A stretch of DNA of 61,599 bases, the filler included, from Choristocarpus tenellus KU-1152 (lineage: Eukaryota; Protista; Phaeophyceae), in assembly GCA_964200185.2 (NCBI GenBank). It is 11 parts of 11 records of this genome, joined end to end, with 100 filler letters (N's around TTAATTAATTAA, not from the genome) between each part and the next. Parts side by side here need not be neighbours in the genome. Positions count along the whole stretch, not along the records: positions 1 to 16,169 come from CAXNAD020000866.1; 10 more parts are not named here. One strand, given 5' to 3'. Made by a program: the position numbers and the translations under genes. Position 1 is the first letter of the stretch. Each line of letters starts with the position of its first letter. The notes beneath the pieces were generated by a model. It was not told the DNA's origin. It saw nothing but the letters and a program-made list of their open reading frames with translations, and did not search any database. This document shows positions 1 through 11,931 of the stretch, in pieces.

Positions 1-3000
1 TCTTGTTATGTTTGGTTTTCTTAAATATGACTCACTATTGAAAGAAATAGATGGGGGGGGGGGTTCGACCTTGATATTAGTGCCTGTATATAATGGGACT
101 GATTGCATGGTACACCTAGGTACAAAAAGCTGAACTTTCTTTTGTTGGGTACTTGACTTATGGTTCATTCTTCTGCTCTAACCCTAACCCTTTCTGTACT
201 GCTTCTTCTCCTTGGTGCATTTTACTATTTACTATTTGAAATTTAACTACTTGACATCTTTGTCAAATACATTATATATGTTTGATAGATACAAATACAC
301 AAGATTTTCTGCTCTCACTTCAACTCCGCATGATTTTATATTTTATATTTTATATTTTATATTTTATATTTTACCCTAAATTAATCGAATATGGTCTTTG
401 TTGATTCTTTCCTCTCAGTGGCAATATTTGAAATATGTAAATAATGTTACTGCCGATACTATATAAATGTGCTGGGCATCATACCACATCATGCTCCAAA
501 TAAATGCGCACCAATCAATAAACTAATTCCTTAAGCCACAAAACATTATTACAGTCACTACAAATAAAAATAATACTATATGTAGGCAAGAGGTACGGCT
601 GGATGCCAAGCCGTGCACGGTTGTAACCGCTAAAGGATAAATAATAAAAAAATAATATATATATATTTTTTTACATACCCTAACCCTAAATGAACAAGCA
701 CAATAATTAACAACAGAAAATAACCAGCACCTTGAGCAAAAAAAAAAGTTAGCAAATTCTGAGAAAATAAATGTTAGAAGAAAAGAAGAAATTTTGAAAG
801 CGCACAACAAAAAGGACCCCACTCATGGCATAGCACTCAACCTGCACAACAGCCTGTCAGCTATCCTCATCATTAGTTTTGGGAATAGCCCCAACCCTAC
901 AATTGTAAATTGAACAGAAACTACAATGATAAGAGACATCTTGGTAGCAAGAATTACAGTAGTGATAAAATCTACAATTAAAACATTCTGAAAATGGTGA
1001 CTAAGAAAAGTAGTGTTTTTAATTTATTACTCCTGATATTTGCTCACAATACGTATCTATATATGCACATATCCATGTCTCTTGTAGCCAGACTTCAACA
1101 ACAGAGCAGTGCACATCTGACTGGACATCCCTACATCCGAAATAGAACTCCAAAAACATTAACACAGCAGGTATATGTGAATGTGGGGTGGAAGGGGGAT
1201 AACCCAGATAGTGAGGGCTGACAATTGTCAAGAACTATCAAGAACTAAAGAGGCAGAATACTCCTCAATACGAACTGTTCACTATGTCGTCAATCTATTA
1301 AGTACCAACCTAACCTTACAACAACTGCAATAGAGGTAACATTACCAATAACTACAACAACTGTAATAGAAGTAACATTACCAATAACTACAACTACTGT
1401 AAAAAGGATGAGCACCATCAATTAGTCTAGAGTATCCTGTGGTAAGGTGATATTATAAACAATATTATAAATAATAAAATGTTACCGGTGTTAAAAGAGC
1501 ACTGATGCTAATATATAGTACTAATATATAGTACTAATATACAGTACTAATATACAGTACTTATACATAGTACTCATACATAGTATTGTTGTATGGGGGC
1601 AACTCACATTGATCGTGGCTATCATAGGGTTTGTATACCTACAAGACAAAACTCCCCCAACAGATGCATACATCCCATACAATTCACCTCTCTAACAAGG
1701 CGGTGTAGTAATTAAACTCAAAAAACAAGAAGAGGGACAACCCTCCACAAAACATAAGATACACACAAATCTTTTCTAAGCAGGCTTGCCAAAATAAATG
1801 CAGTCACAAACAAAGAAATATAACCAGAGCTCTACACCAGACTGGCACTTAGCCGGGTCAGTCTGCGACTCAGTCCCTTTTACACATTGTACATATTTTC
1901 TCAAGGCCCTAACCCTGCCCCATCGAAAGATGGATCACCCAATCCAGGATTTAATTTTTTCCTCTGAGTCAGCTCTGCCAAAAGGTATACCCTATTTGGG
2001 GTGGCCTAGGCTGATATCTGTTTTTTATTTTTATTTTCTGTTGATACATAACACCTGCTCGTATTTATTATTATTATTACTATTATGTAAATTATTGAAA
2101 AAGAATACTCTATGGACAACTAAGAAATTTATCTAACAATGCAATGACATTGTTGTTGTGAGCAGTTACAAGTACTATCGGCCTCAGCTTAATCAATTGA
2201 GAATAACAGAGACCATAACAAAAAAAAACAGATAATTCTGTTATTGTACTCCAAGTATTTATCAAAATCCAATCCAAAGCAACACACAATGTGCCACACA
2301 AGGTGGTTAGTGTTAGCTTACCGCCTTTGTCACCACAAGGCTATCACTTCTCACAACTCACAACTTAAATTCTCTTGAATATACATACACCTACCCTCCA
2401 TGAATGGCACATCAAGAATATGACCATGAAGTATCAAAATAATAATAACAGTCCATCTCAGATACTATTATTACTACAAGAAATCATGCCTCTGTTGATG
2501 AACAGAGAGAGAGAGAGAGAGCAGAAAAAGAAATCTAAGTTCTGATTTTGTGCCCCTAGAAGGGGTTCATTCCAGCCAGGAGGCATCTTTCCCCCTAACC
2601 CTAGCACTGCACACCATTCAGCAACCATCGTGCGTTTCACACGCATCCCTTTCGTGCGCCCACAATAAATAAAAAGATTATAAAATATTAAATATTTTAA
2701 CCAATTAAAAGTAAAAAGTTTACTAATACTAACCCTAACCCTACTGTTCTGAACGCTATTGCTTGTTGACAACTGACAAGCTGCGTTGTGAATAGCCCTA
2801 GTAGAGACATCTAACATCACTCTGTTTTTCACACAAGCCAATCGTTTTATCACCTTCCTTTTTACTTTTTTTTCTAACTTTGGTTCTATCCTTGTGAAAC
2901 AAAGTACCACATAGATAGTTGTTTCTTAAATTTGGTTACCCATGTCTTGAATTAGCCCCTTCAAAAACAAGTAGTTGGGCCTGGATCTCTTGTATCTTTT

Positions 3001-3761
3001 AGGGTTAGGGTTAGGTCATGAATGGTTGAAAAGGGCGGTGCTTGTAAAGTTAGGGTTAGGGTTATTATTTTTATGCATTTCACGTACAATCAGTTGAAAG
3101 TATTTCTCAAGAAAAGGAATGATCACATATGTCAGTTGAAAGTGAAAGTATGTATTAGGTCTTCTTATGAGAGTGGTAGAAGGAATGAGAGCACCAAAGG
3201 GATGGTTTTCTGAGAAATTGATTTTCATCCAGGAGCAAATTTGTGAATTTCCCAAAAATTACTCATTCATCTTAAAATCACAATAAAATCACAACAGCAA
3301 TTTTGAGAAAAAAAAGAAACATAAGGAGTTCAAGAAACAAGAGGGATACGCATATTTGGACCATTTTGAGTTTTCAGGCTTTTTCCAACTTTGTTTAAAG
3401 TTAAGATGGAAGTCATTAAAAGAAGGGTTAGGTTTTGCTTTGGAAAACTGAAGGTACTCCTAAAACAGAAAAACTGCACTCCACAGGTACGGACTGTGTG
3501 TTCCAAAAACTTGTGCCATCAGAAAATCAGAGGAGCTATTGAAGCTTAACAGCACCCCCCTCTTAGTTACTTCAGTTACTTTGACTCAGTCAACAAATGA
3601 CCCAAAACTATTGCAACACATGATACACAAACAAGGAGGTGTTCAACACATTTTCCAAATATTATACATGTGTGTGTCTGTTTGGCAGAAAGCATTATGT
3701 TGAGGAAGATCATACGTCTCGTACATTTTTCACTTTTTCTTTTGTGCACAGAATACATGCC

Positions 3762-3790
3762 AACCCTAACCCTAACCCTAACCCTAACCC
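3762..3790. repeat. Interstitial telomeric repeat (CCCTAA)n, representative of many
   Basis: AACCCTAACCCTAACCCTAACCCTAACCC. Similar tracts near 178, 677, 2729, 2999, 3049, 4291, 4370, 4778, 7836, 7939, 8131, 8499, 9431 and 10066. Confidence 0.9.
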
Positions 3791-3980
3791 AACCACCACA
3801 GTCCTTTCAAAATGTATCTTTCAAAATATAACTTGTCCAAGCCAGAACATAGCCCAGTCCCAACAAAATTCCTACAGCCCTGGTCCGGCTCATACAAAAA
3901 ATAATATTTTCCAAACCAGGTTGCAGCCCAGGTCCATCACAACTTCCCCCTTCACTGTAAGGCCCTGATAATATCCGTAC

Positions 3981-6900
3981 CTTGCCCCCCCAGCAGTATG
4001 TGCTCCCTCTGTTGTCACCTTGAGCGACACAGTATCTGCCAAGAGGTTGTCTAATCCTTGGATGACTCTGACCCCCTCCTGCACCTGTGATTGTCATTTT
4101 TGGCGTTCTCATATTAGCATTAAAATATCATCATCTCAACATAGTAATAGAAATGTTATTGTTGTTACATCTGTGATGGAGTGACACTTCACTTTGTAAA
4201 GGTTAAACCTCAACTATCTATCTGATAGAAATAGTGAGGCTGGTTTGAAAAATGTATACTCATGTTTTCACATAGAAGAGATTGAACCAGCCCTAACCCT
4301 AATTACGGACACATATCAATATTCTTTACCATCTCATGAACATTAGTACAAGAAGTGCAGTATAACTGTTAACCCTAACCCTAACCAAAGTATACCCATC
4401 AACCCCAAGAAAATAACACAGTTAAGAAGAGTAGTGTGCTATAACAGTGCCTTCAAGGATTTCAAATTCCATACTTTGGTTGAAAAACCTTCCATGAAGT
4501 CAATCCGGATTACTGAGCACAAGTTGATACTTATGAGGCACGAAGGACAGCATGTGAAATAAATTAATAAATTAATATATTAATACAGATGAGCAAGAGG
4601 GCGCTTGACCATAAAGAAAATCAATATGCAATAAAAAGTAATGTATTTTTAGTGTAGTGTAATATTTGCTGCTAGAATTGTTTATAGTGATGGTGATGGT
4701 GATAGAGTACTCCATATCTGTTATATATAAAATAATCCTGTTAGGACAAGACCGAGTCATGGTTGGTAAGATGGTCAAACCCTAACCCTAAGCAAGAAAG
4801 ATGTATACATGTCACACTAACAAAACCAAAACGTTCTAAAACACCCCGATGTCATTGTAGATCGTTATTTTGATAATTCAATTTAATATTCAAAATTATA
4901 TTGATGCAATCTGGTAGTGTTTGCACTAAGGAATAGGAATATTGAAAGAGTTCTTCATTACACCCACATGTGCATTTATGTATCCTTTGAGAAAAAAAAG
5001 TGGTTGACAGAATAGTAGAAATAATAAAAAACTACATTGAGAAGTCATATTTCATATTCAGTACATTCAATTATAATGTATTCAGAACACAAATTTGAAA
5101 AAGCCCAACATTACACCACTGCTTGGAACTCTCCATTATTCCCTCACTGACCAGCACCACCTTTACCTTGTGATTAACACATATCTCATCACCTCATCGA
5201 TGGGCCAGAAACATTCACTCACCTCTGGGTTAAAAAAGCACCAGACACACACAGTGCTGCGACATATCAACACTTTATTCCTTGAATTTTGGGGGGTGAG
5301 GTGCCCTGGTTCTGTATCAGATGTACAGCATCATTAGGGCTTGTATTCCATACAGTAGGTAGTGCAAAAGTGTGATCATGCAAAAAACAGTGTGGTATAT
5401 GGGTCTGTTGTTTACCACTAGAAAAACATGTCGTACCAACCGCCAACTCCACCATATTATTCTGACCATATTATTCTGACAAAACTATATTAACCACACT
5501 ATACTAACCATATTATTCTGACCATACTATATTAACCATACTATACTAACCATATTTTACTTACCATCTTGACAGTAAAGGTTTACTCTACTTCTCAGAA
5601 AAATCAAAGGGACTTTGCTGGTACATCATTACAATAGAGTTGGTAGTTGAAAGAGAGGATTTTTTTGTCTTCCGGTTTTGTCGACTCATCTCCCACTTGT
5701 TAATCACAACGTTAATCACATTTGTTAATCACCATGTTAATCACAATTGTTAATCACCATGTTCATCACAGTTGTTAATCACATTTGTTAATCACAATGC
5801 TAATCAAAATTGTTAATCACAATTGTTAATCACCATGTTTATCACATTTGTTAATCACAATTGTTAATCATGATGCTAATCAAAATTGTTAATCACAATT
5901 GTTAATCACCATGTTCATCACAGTTGTTAATCACATTTGTTAATCATGATGCTAATCAAAATTGTTAATCACAATTGTTAATCACCATGTTTATCACATT
6001 TGTTAATCACAATTGTTAATCATGATGCTAATCAAAATTGTTAATCACCATGTTCATCACAGTTGTTAATCACATTTGTTAATCACAATGCTAATCAAAA
6101 TTGTTAATCACCATGTTCATCACAGTTGTTAATCACACTTGTTAATCACAATGCTAATCAAAATTGTTAATCACAATGGTTAATCACAATTGTTAATCAC
6201 AATGCTAATCAAAATTGTTAATCACCATGTTCATCACAATTGTTAATCATGATGCTAATCACAATTGTTAATCACAATGCTAATCAAAATTGTTAATCAC
6301 CATGTTCATCACAGTTGTTAATGTTAATCACAATGCTAATCAAAATTGTTAACCACCATGTTCATCACAATTGTTAACCATGATGCTAATCACAATTGTT
6401 AATCACCATGTTCATCACAGTTGTTCATCACAATTGTTAATCATGATGCTAGTCACAATGGTTAATCACAATATTGATCAGAATTACTAACTGCAGAGAG
6501 CATGGACACTGAGCAGCACAGCTGCAAGAAACTAGGCCTTCCTAGGGGTGAGAGCAACCCTCCCAGAGAAGCAAATTCTTAACTGGCTAAATATTGCACA
6601 AGTGTACGTGGGTATAATCACATGTACAGTACAAACAGGAATTTCTGGAGGCGTGTTTATGACCAGATGACTTGCAGGGTAACTGCAAAAGAAAGACTAA
6701 CCCCCCCAAAAAAATGATCAGTTAATTATGATCAACCCAATGCGGCCACACATAATTGGTATGGGTGCAACTCTAACTTATTGCCATCCTGGAGGTATAT
6801 CTTATATCCCCTGTCCTACACACAACGGTGATCTCAGCACCGATAAAAATATGTATAGGAGATAACATTATTACTGAATATGAAATATTACTGTGTGTGT

Positions 6901-9899
6901 AATATGTAATACATGTTGACAACGAACCACTCGCTATTATCATGACAATTGAATATGTACTGTCATAAATAATACATTATCGATATATGATACTCTCAAC
7001 TCAATATATTGGACATGTGGAACTGCACCCAAGTGGACAAAATAAAAATTTTTAACTATTTACAAACTCAACTTTTATATTCATAGTTTTGAAGAGTACT
7101 GAAAGTAAGGGGGACAATTAACAATAAAAAAAACAGACCACTGTTATGTTATGTCAGGGCAACTACAAGTTGGTAGAAAAACATTAAATATGGCCTGTTC
7201 ACATACTACGAAAAGAGAACCACACCATTTCTTACATATTATTTTTCCATTCCCCTGAGAACTTAATCACCCTGGAAGATCTGCACAAAAAAAAAAAAAT
7301 GTCTCGCAGTCTTGCAGATCAACACCAACTGTCTTTCCCATGAAAATCTTGCATACATACTCCCACTCTGTCGACTTTATGATGATATCTCTCCCTATCT
7401 CTCTCTATCTGTGGTTCATGGTAGCATGTAGCTATCAAAACATGTAGCCATCAACTCCCACTATTCGCTAGTAGATTATCACTGACAGGATACTAGACAT
7501 CACATACTCAACAATATTTCAAAAATTCTTTTTGAAGTGTGAAATTTTCAAGTTATTTCTCCCTTGGTAGCAAATGTTGTAACTGCACCTCTCATTTCAT
7601 TTGATCCAATTCATATTCTATGAGTTGTACCAACTACAAAGAAACTAGGCCATCAAAAACATTGATTGATCCATAACCCAACCCACTTTGATCTTGGTTC
7701 TTCAAGGCCTCAAGGTATGGCACAAGCCACCCAGCCAGAGAGTTTGAGAGTGAGTCTTCAATGAAGATTCTTGAGGTTCAAGTTCCCACTATCAACAAAA
7801 AAACCTCATCAACACCATCACATCACCATTAACCCAACCCTAACCCTAAACCTATATCTCAATTCAGCACCGACAACACCAACAGCCAAACCCAACACTA
7901 ACCATAACCCTAACCAAACAACAGCATCAGTAACAGTCAACCCTAACCCTAATTGGTTGCCCAAACTGACCTGCTGGGGTGGAAAGCTCCTGTATGGTGT
8001 CAGAGGTAGACGCATCTCAAAGTCCTCCTCCACCACACCCTGCCATGCCTGAGACCCCGACTCTCCCCTCCCGCGGTAGTCAAGGAATGTTTGCAATACC
8101 TGAATTTGTCACATCAACAAGCAAGTCGAGTAACCCTAACCCTAATCAACACAAATTTCAGGAGAGAACAGAACCCCTATCCCTAACCCCAAGAAAGAAA
8201 TCAACTATGTTAATAGCACATGTTGCGACCAATTGGATATCCTCATTCAGGAAATATGTGCAACACTGTTGAATACAACACAACATATGCTGCAGTGCTA
8301 CACGCCCCACCACCTCATTCCCAAAACAACTCAATTCTAATTCTAATTCTAATTCTAATTCTAATAATAATAATAATAGTGTCACATACAATTCATATTG
8401 CCAAGAGTAGCTAAGATTGGGAACAATTATTTTTGGCAGCCTTAAAAGCTGGTTTCCTCTTATCACCATTTCCTCTTATCATTATTTCCATTTCCTCTTA
8501 ACCCTAACCCTAACCCTAACCCTAACACCTCAGATCAAAACTCACGCATCAAATCAAATCAAATCAAATCAAATCAGACAGATCAGGAAAAGAGGAATAT
8601 TAAGCTAAAAAAGGGGGTCATCACCAAAATACAATGAAAGCACGGCACCAAAGTGAAAAATAAAAACTACACAGCACATAAAGAGACATGAACCCCACTT
8701 CTCGGTGAGTACATGTAAGGGCAACCTCTTTGCACCGCTATACTGAGCACAATAAAAGGAATGTGGAAAGACACGCAAGCTTCACCCTCGCTGACAAGAG
8801 TTCAATACTTCCCTAAAAATTCCCAGTTGCAGCAACTCATACCGCACCCCAATCCCTCAAAATAAGCCGCTTCTATCCTTATCCCAAACCCTACCATTAA
8901 TTTTGTAACAGTAGGGATGACAGAATAGAGTAGACTAAAATTACCCTAAAACGGTACCATTGAACCAACCTGGAACCTCATATCCTTGAGCGAAGTTTCT
9001 CGCCTAGCTTCAGTCTTGCGGTCTCTTTCCTCCTTCTCCTTACCGGCTGCAAGTTCCTCCACCTACATCACATACATCACATACATCAAATTCATCAAAT
9101 TCATCACATAAAATGCAGTACCCGAGACAGATTAGGATTAGGGTATGTATGGCACCATTATACAACAGCTACAAGAGGTGAGTGAGGTAGGTCATGGGAG
9201 ATGAAAAATGGCAGAAAATGTATGTCCCCTCCCATAATCCTCTTAGAATAGGTAGCACTTGAAAAGGAACAACATTAAATTAATGTCTCACTCATCATGC
9301 ATCAAAGAGTTAAGTGCAGGCTAAGAAATAATATATCTTTTTAAAGACTAAAAGTGCACAAAGGTTATGGAAGAGACACTCTACTCTCCATGCGCAACAA
9401 AGATTAAATCACATACCTCCGATAGGAACAAGGGTTAGGGTTAGGGAATGGAATGCACTTGGAACAGAGAAAAGAGTTGCCTATTGTAGTAGAAAAACCT
9501 CAGGCAATAAACTGTCCATCCTCAACATGCCCAAAATTGTTAGGAATGACATCAGATTTGACAGCATTGTCAGGTGCAACAATGGAGGAAGAACGCATCT
9601 ATGGAGACATCAAAAAAAAAATTATGTACATAAAATATGTCGAAATACAAGTATTGTGTATATTGGGAGCCGATTATGGTCAGCAGTATGGTTTGACTGC
9701 ACAATAAACTATTGAGATCTATTGTACATATACCTTACACAGCTAATAACAAATACCATACCATCTTATCATCCTACCATACCAACTACCACCGTTTTTA
9801 ACAAACTGCCTGCACTGAAATCTGTCCCATCCATTAGTAGTGTTCTCAGCATTCCACTACCCCCAAGGGAAGAGGTAAGGGCAGGATGAAATCATTTAC

Positions 9900-9950
<51 letters not shown>

Positions 9951-11931
9951 ATCTCCTAAACCTTCCCGAAAAGCATAGCAGGAACAGTCAGCAGTCCAAC
10001 GTATTGCATGAGAGTACAGAGCTAAACAAAATGACAATAGGTTGTCTTCCTCTGCCTGCCCCTACAGGGTTAGGGTTAGGATTAGTGGATGGCATGAGCT
10101 CACAGCAGCTGCAAGATAGGGGGAGGACCAGCAACCCATCTCAAAAATACTTGCACATCAAAGAAGATTGACCTTATCGGTGCATGAGGTATCATACCGA
10201 GCACATCATCTGTCATACATCCTCAATGCACTGCACCCATCCCCATCCTTTGTTGAAAACAGAGTTTGATTGCTCAACGGCCATTGCATTCTTGGGGAGT
10301 GATCAAGGAGGAGTACCCGCATCGGGATCAAATCTAGTCTTCAACAATCCTTTAAGGGAAGATTTGATTGTACAAAACAAATGACCCCCTATCTAGCGCA
10401 CGTTGTAGTGCAAGGGCATGTATATAGAGAAGGAAAAAACTAGAAGCCCCAGACATAGAAGGATGTTGCCACTACATGACTTCTAACAACTCTTAGCCCT
10501 TACACATGATTTTACAAGAAACATTTACCATAGGCGCAACACATGACCTACAGGGAGGGGGAAAGCCGCTAGTGCACTTGTTATCTATGCTGAATTGGGT
10601 ACAAGACAGCGAAATGGAAATCATACAACCTACATTGGTCCTGAACAGCCTAGCCAGATCCTCACAAAAATATTGGCACAGGAGGAACTCACTACACACT
10701 GCATCCCCATCATCGTCATCACTTTTCCTCGCCTTGCCCTTCTTCTAGAAATAAAACACAGCAAATGTTACACATGCTCATGAAAAAATGGAAAAAAAGA
10801 GTAGAAGATATCCTCAATCATCTATTCCTGCCCTTGCGTACTCGGTCTTACTTGCTTCTTGAGCTCCTCCACATACGCCTTCTTGCGAAGTCGAGTATTC
10901 CTAGCATGCTCCCTGTTGCGGTCTCTGTTCTGCTTGGCCCTTTCCTCCTTAGAAAGAACAGCCCGTTTGCGTTTCTTATCTGCAATATCCGTCTGGCTCT
11001 GCCCTTGCCCCACACCATGACCCTGGCCCCGTCCCTGCACCATGCTCTCTGCCTGTATTTGTGTCTGAGGTTTGGTTGGCTGTTGAGTATCAACAAGGCA
11101 AAGGCTTAGATCATCCGCCATCTCCTCGTCTCCCTCCTCCTCGCCGCCATTGTCCTCTTCAGCCTTAGGAAGGTCGCCTCCCCCTGGATACATGTCCTCC
11201 TCTGACAAGAAGGATTCCATTCTTCCTTCGGAAAGGGAGTGCACGCTTGATATACCCGACCCACCACCACCAGCTCCCGCATTCACTGGTATGAGGGGAG
11301 CCTGAATCTGTGATAAGAAACCACGGCGATTAGGGCTAGTTGTCACCGTAGGCAAAACCGAAAGTGTAGAATGTGTGACTGACGAGGTGTTTGGCGTTCT
11401 GGCGCAGTATCGAAAGCAGGCGGTCAATCCAAATTTGGAGAATCTCCAACCAGCAGTACTAGTGTTAACCCTTGAGCAACCCTAGATCTAGGTATGAGTG
11501 AAGCGGGAGATAAGTATATTCACAAAGAAGGGCATATTTCTCTCTCGAGAGCACCGTAGCTTGGCACATATCAAGGGGTTTCATGTTAGGTAAAGCGACC
11601 TTCACTCTAACAATGCGAGATAAGAAATAGGGTACTTAGTTTGAAGCTTGAGAAGTACATCCCACACATCTGTTGGTCAGCACCTCGCCATAATTCCAGC
11701 AATGCACCTCAAACCACGACACAACTGTCGCGTGTAGACTTCATTGCCCACCCAGACCAGGGGAAAATCAAAAGACGGACACAAGTGTTAATTTTGGAGG
11801 AGAGAGAGTGGAGGAGGTAGCTAAGGTCTTACCGAACTCAATTCGTCCCATGATGCCAATCCTGCTAGGAAAACATCATCCACACTTTCAAATGAGCCTC
11901 CTCCCTCGAGGCCCCCTCCCCCTGAAGACAT
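3981..11931 (-). CDS. bZIP transcription factor, stramenopile type, with an additional C-terminal domain; 3'-incomplete
   Basis: GT-AG exons in continuous phase 0: 11931-11833 (MSSGGGGLEG...WDELSS), 11307-10852 (IQAPLIP...KRKRAVLSKEERAKQNRDRNREHARNTRLRKKAYVEELKKQ), 9062-8970 (VEELAAGKE...DMRFQ), 8099-7971 (VLQTFLDYRG...LPLTPYRSFPPQQ), 4084-4019 or 3981 (VQEGVRVIQGLDNLLADTVSLK...). Basic region has the bZIP N-x7-R signature. The donor of the last exon is ambiguous and later exons were not found. Confidence 0.9.
5449..5567. repeat. Degenerate ~14-bp tandem repeat (ACCATATTATTCTG / ACCATACTATAYTA)
   Basis: About 8 diverged units, in bZIP intron 4. Confidence 0.75.
5697..6471. repeat. Minisatellite of 12-13-bp units (TTGTTAATCACAA variants) with higher-order structure
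   Basis: Roughly 60 units. Variants TTGTTAATCACCA, TGTTCATCACAG, TTGTTAATCACAT and TGCTAATCAAAA recur in ordered blocks. Confidence 0.95.
9903..9944. repeat. (CA)n microsatellite
   Basis: About 21 CA units. Confidence 0.95.

Noticed and set aside
2458-2910. Possible further bZIP exon (..CQLSTSNSVQNS..) and other ORFs in 1-3900
   Set aside because: No convincing splice-site pair or phase continuity; LGLGL, NPNP and RVRV text comes from telomeric tracts.
10822-11427. Aureochrome call for the bZIP
   Set aside because: The basic region is similar (NREHA) but the downstream exons found encode no LOV motif.
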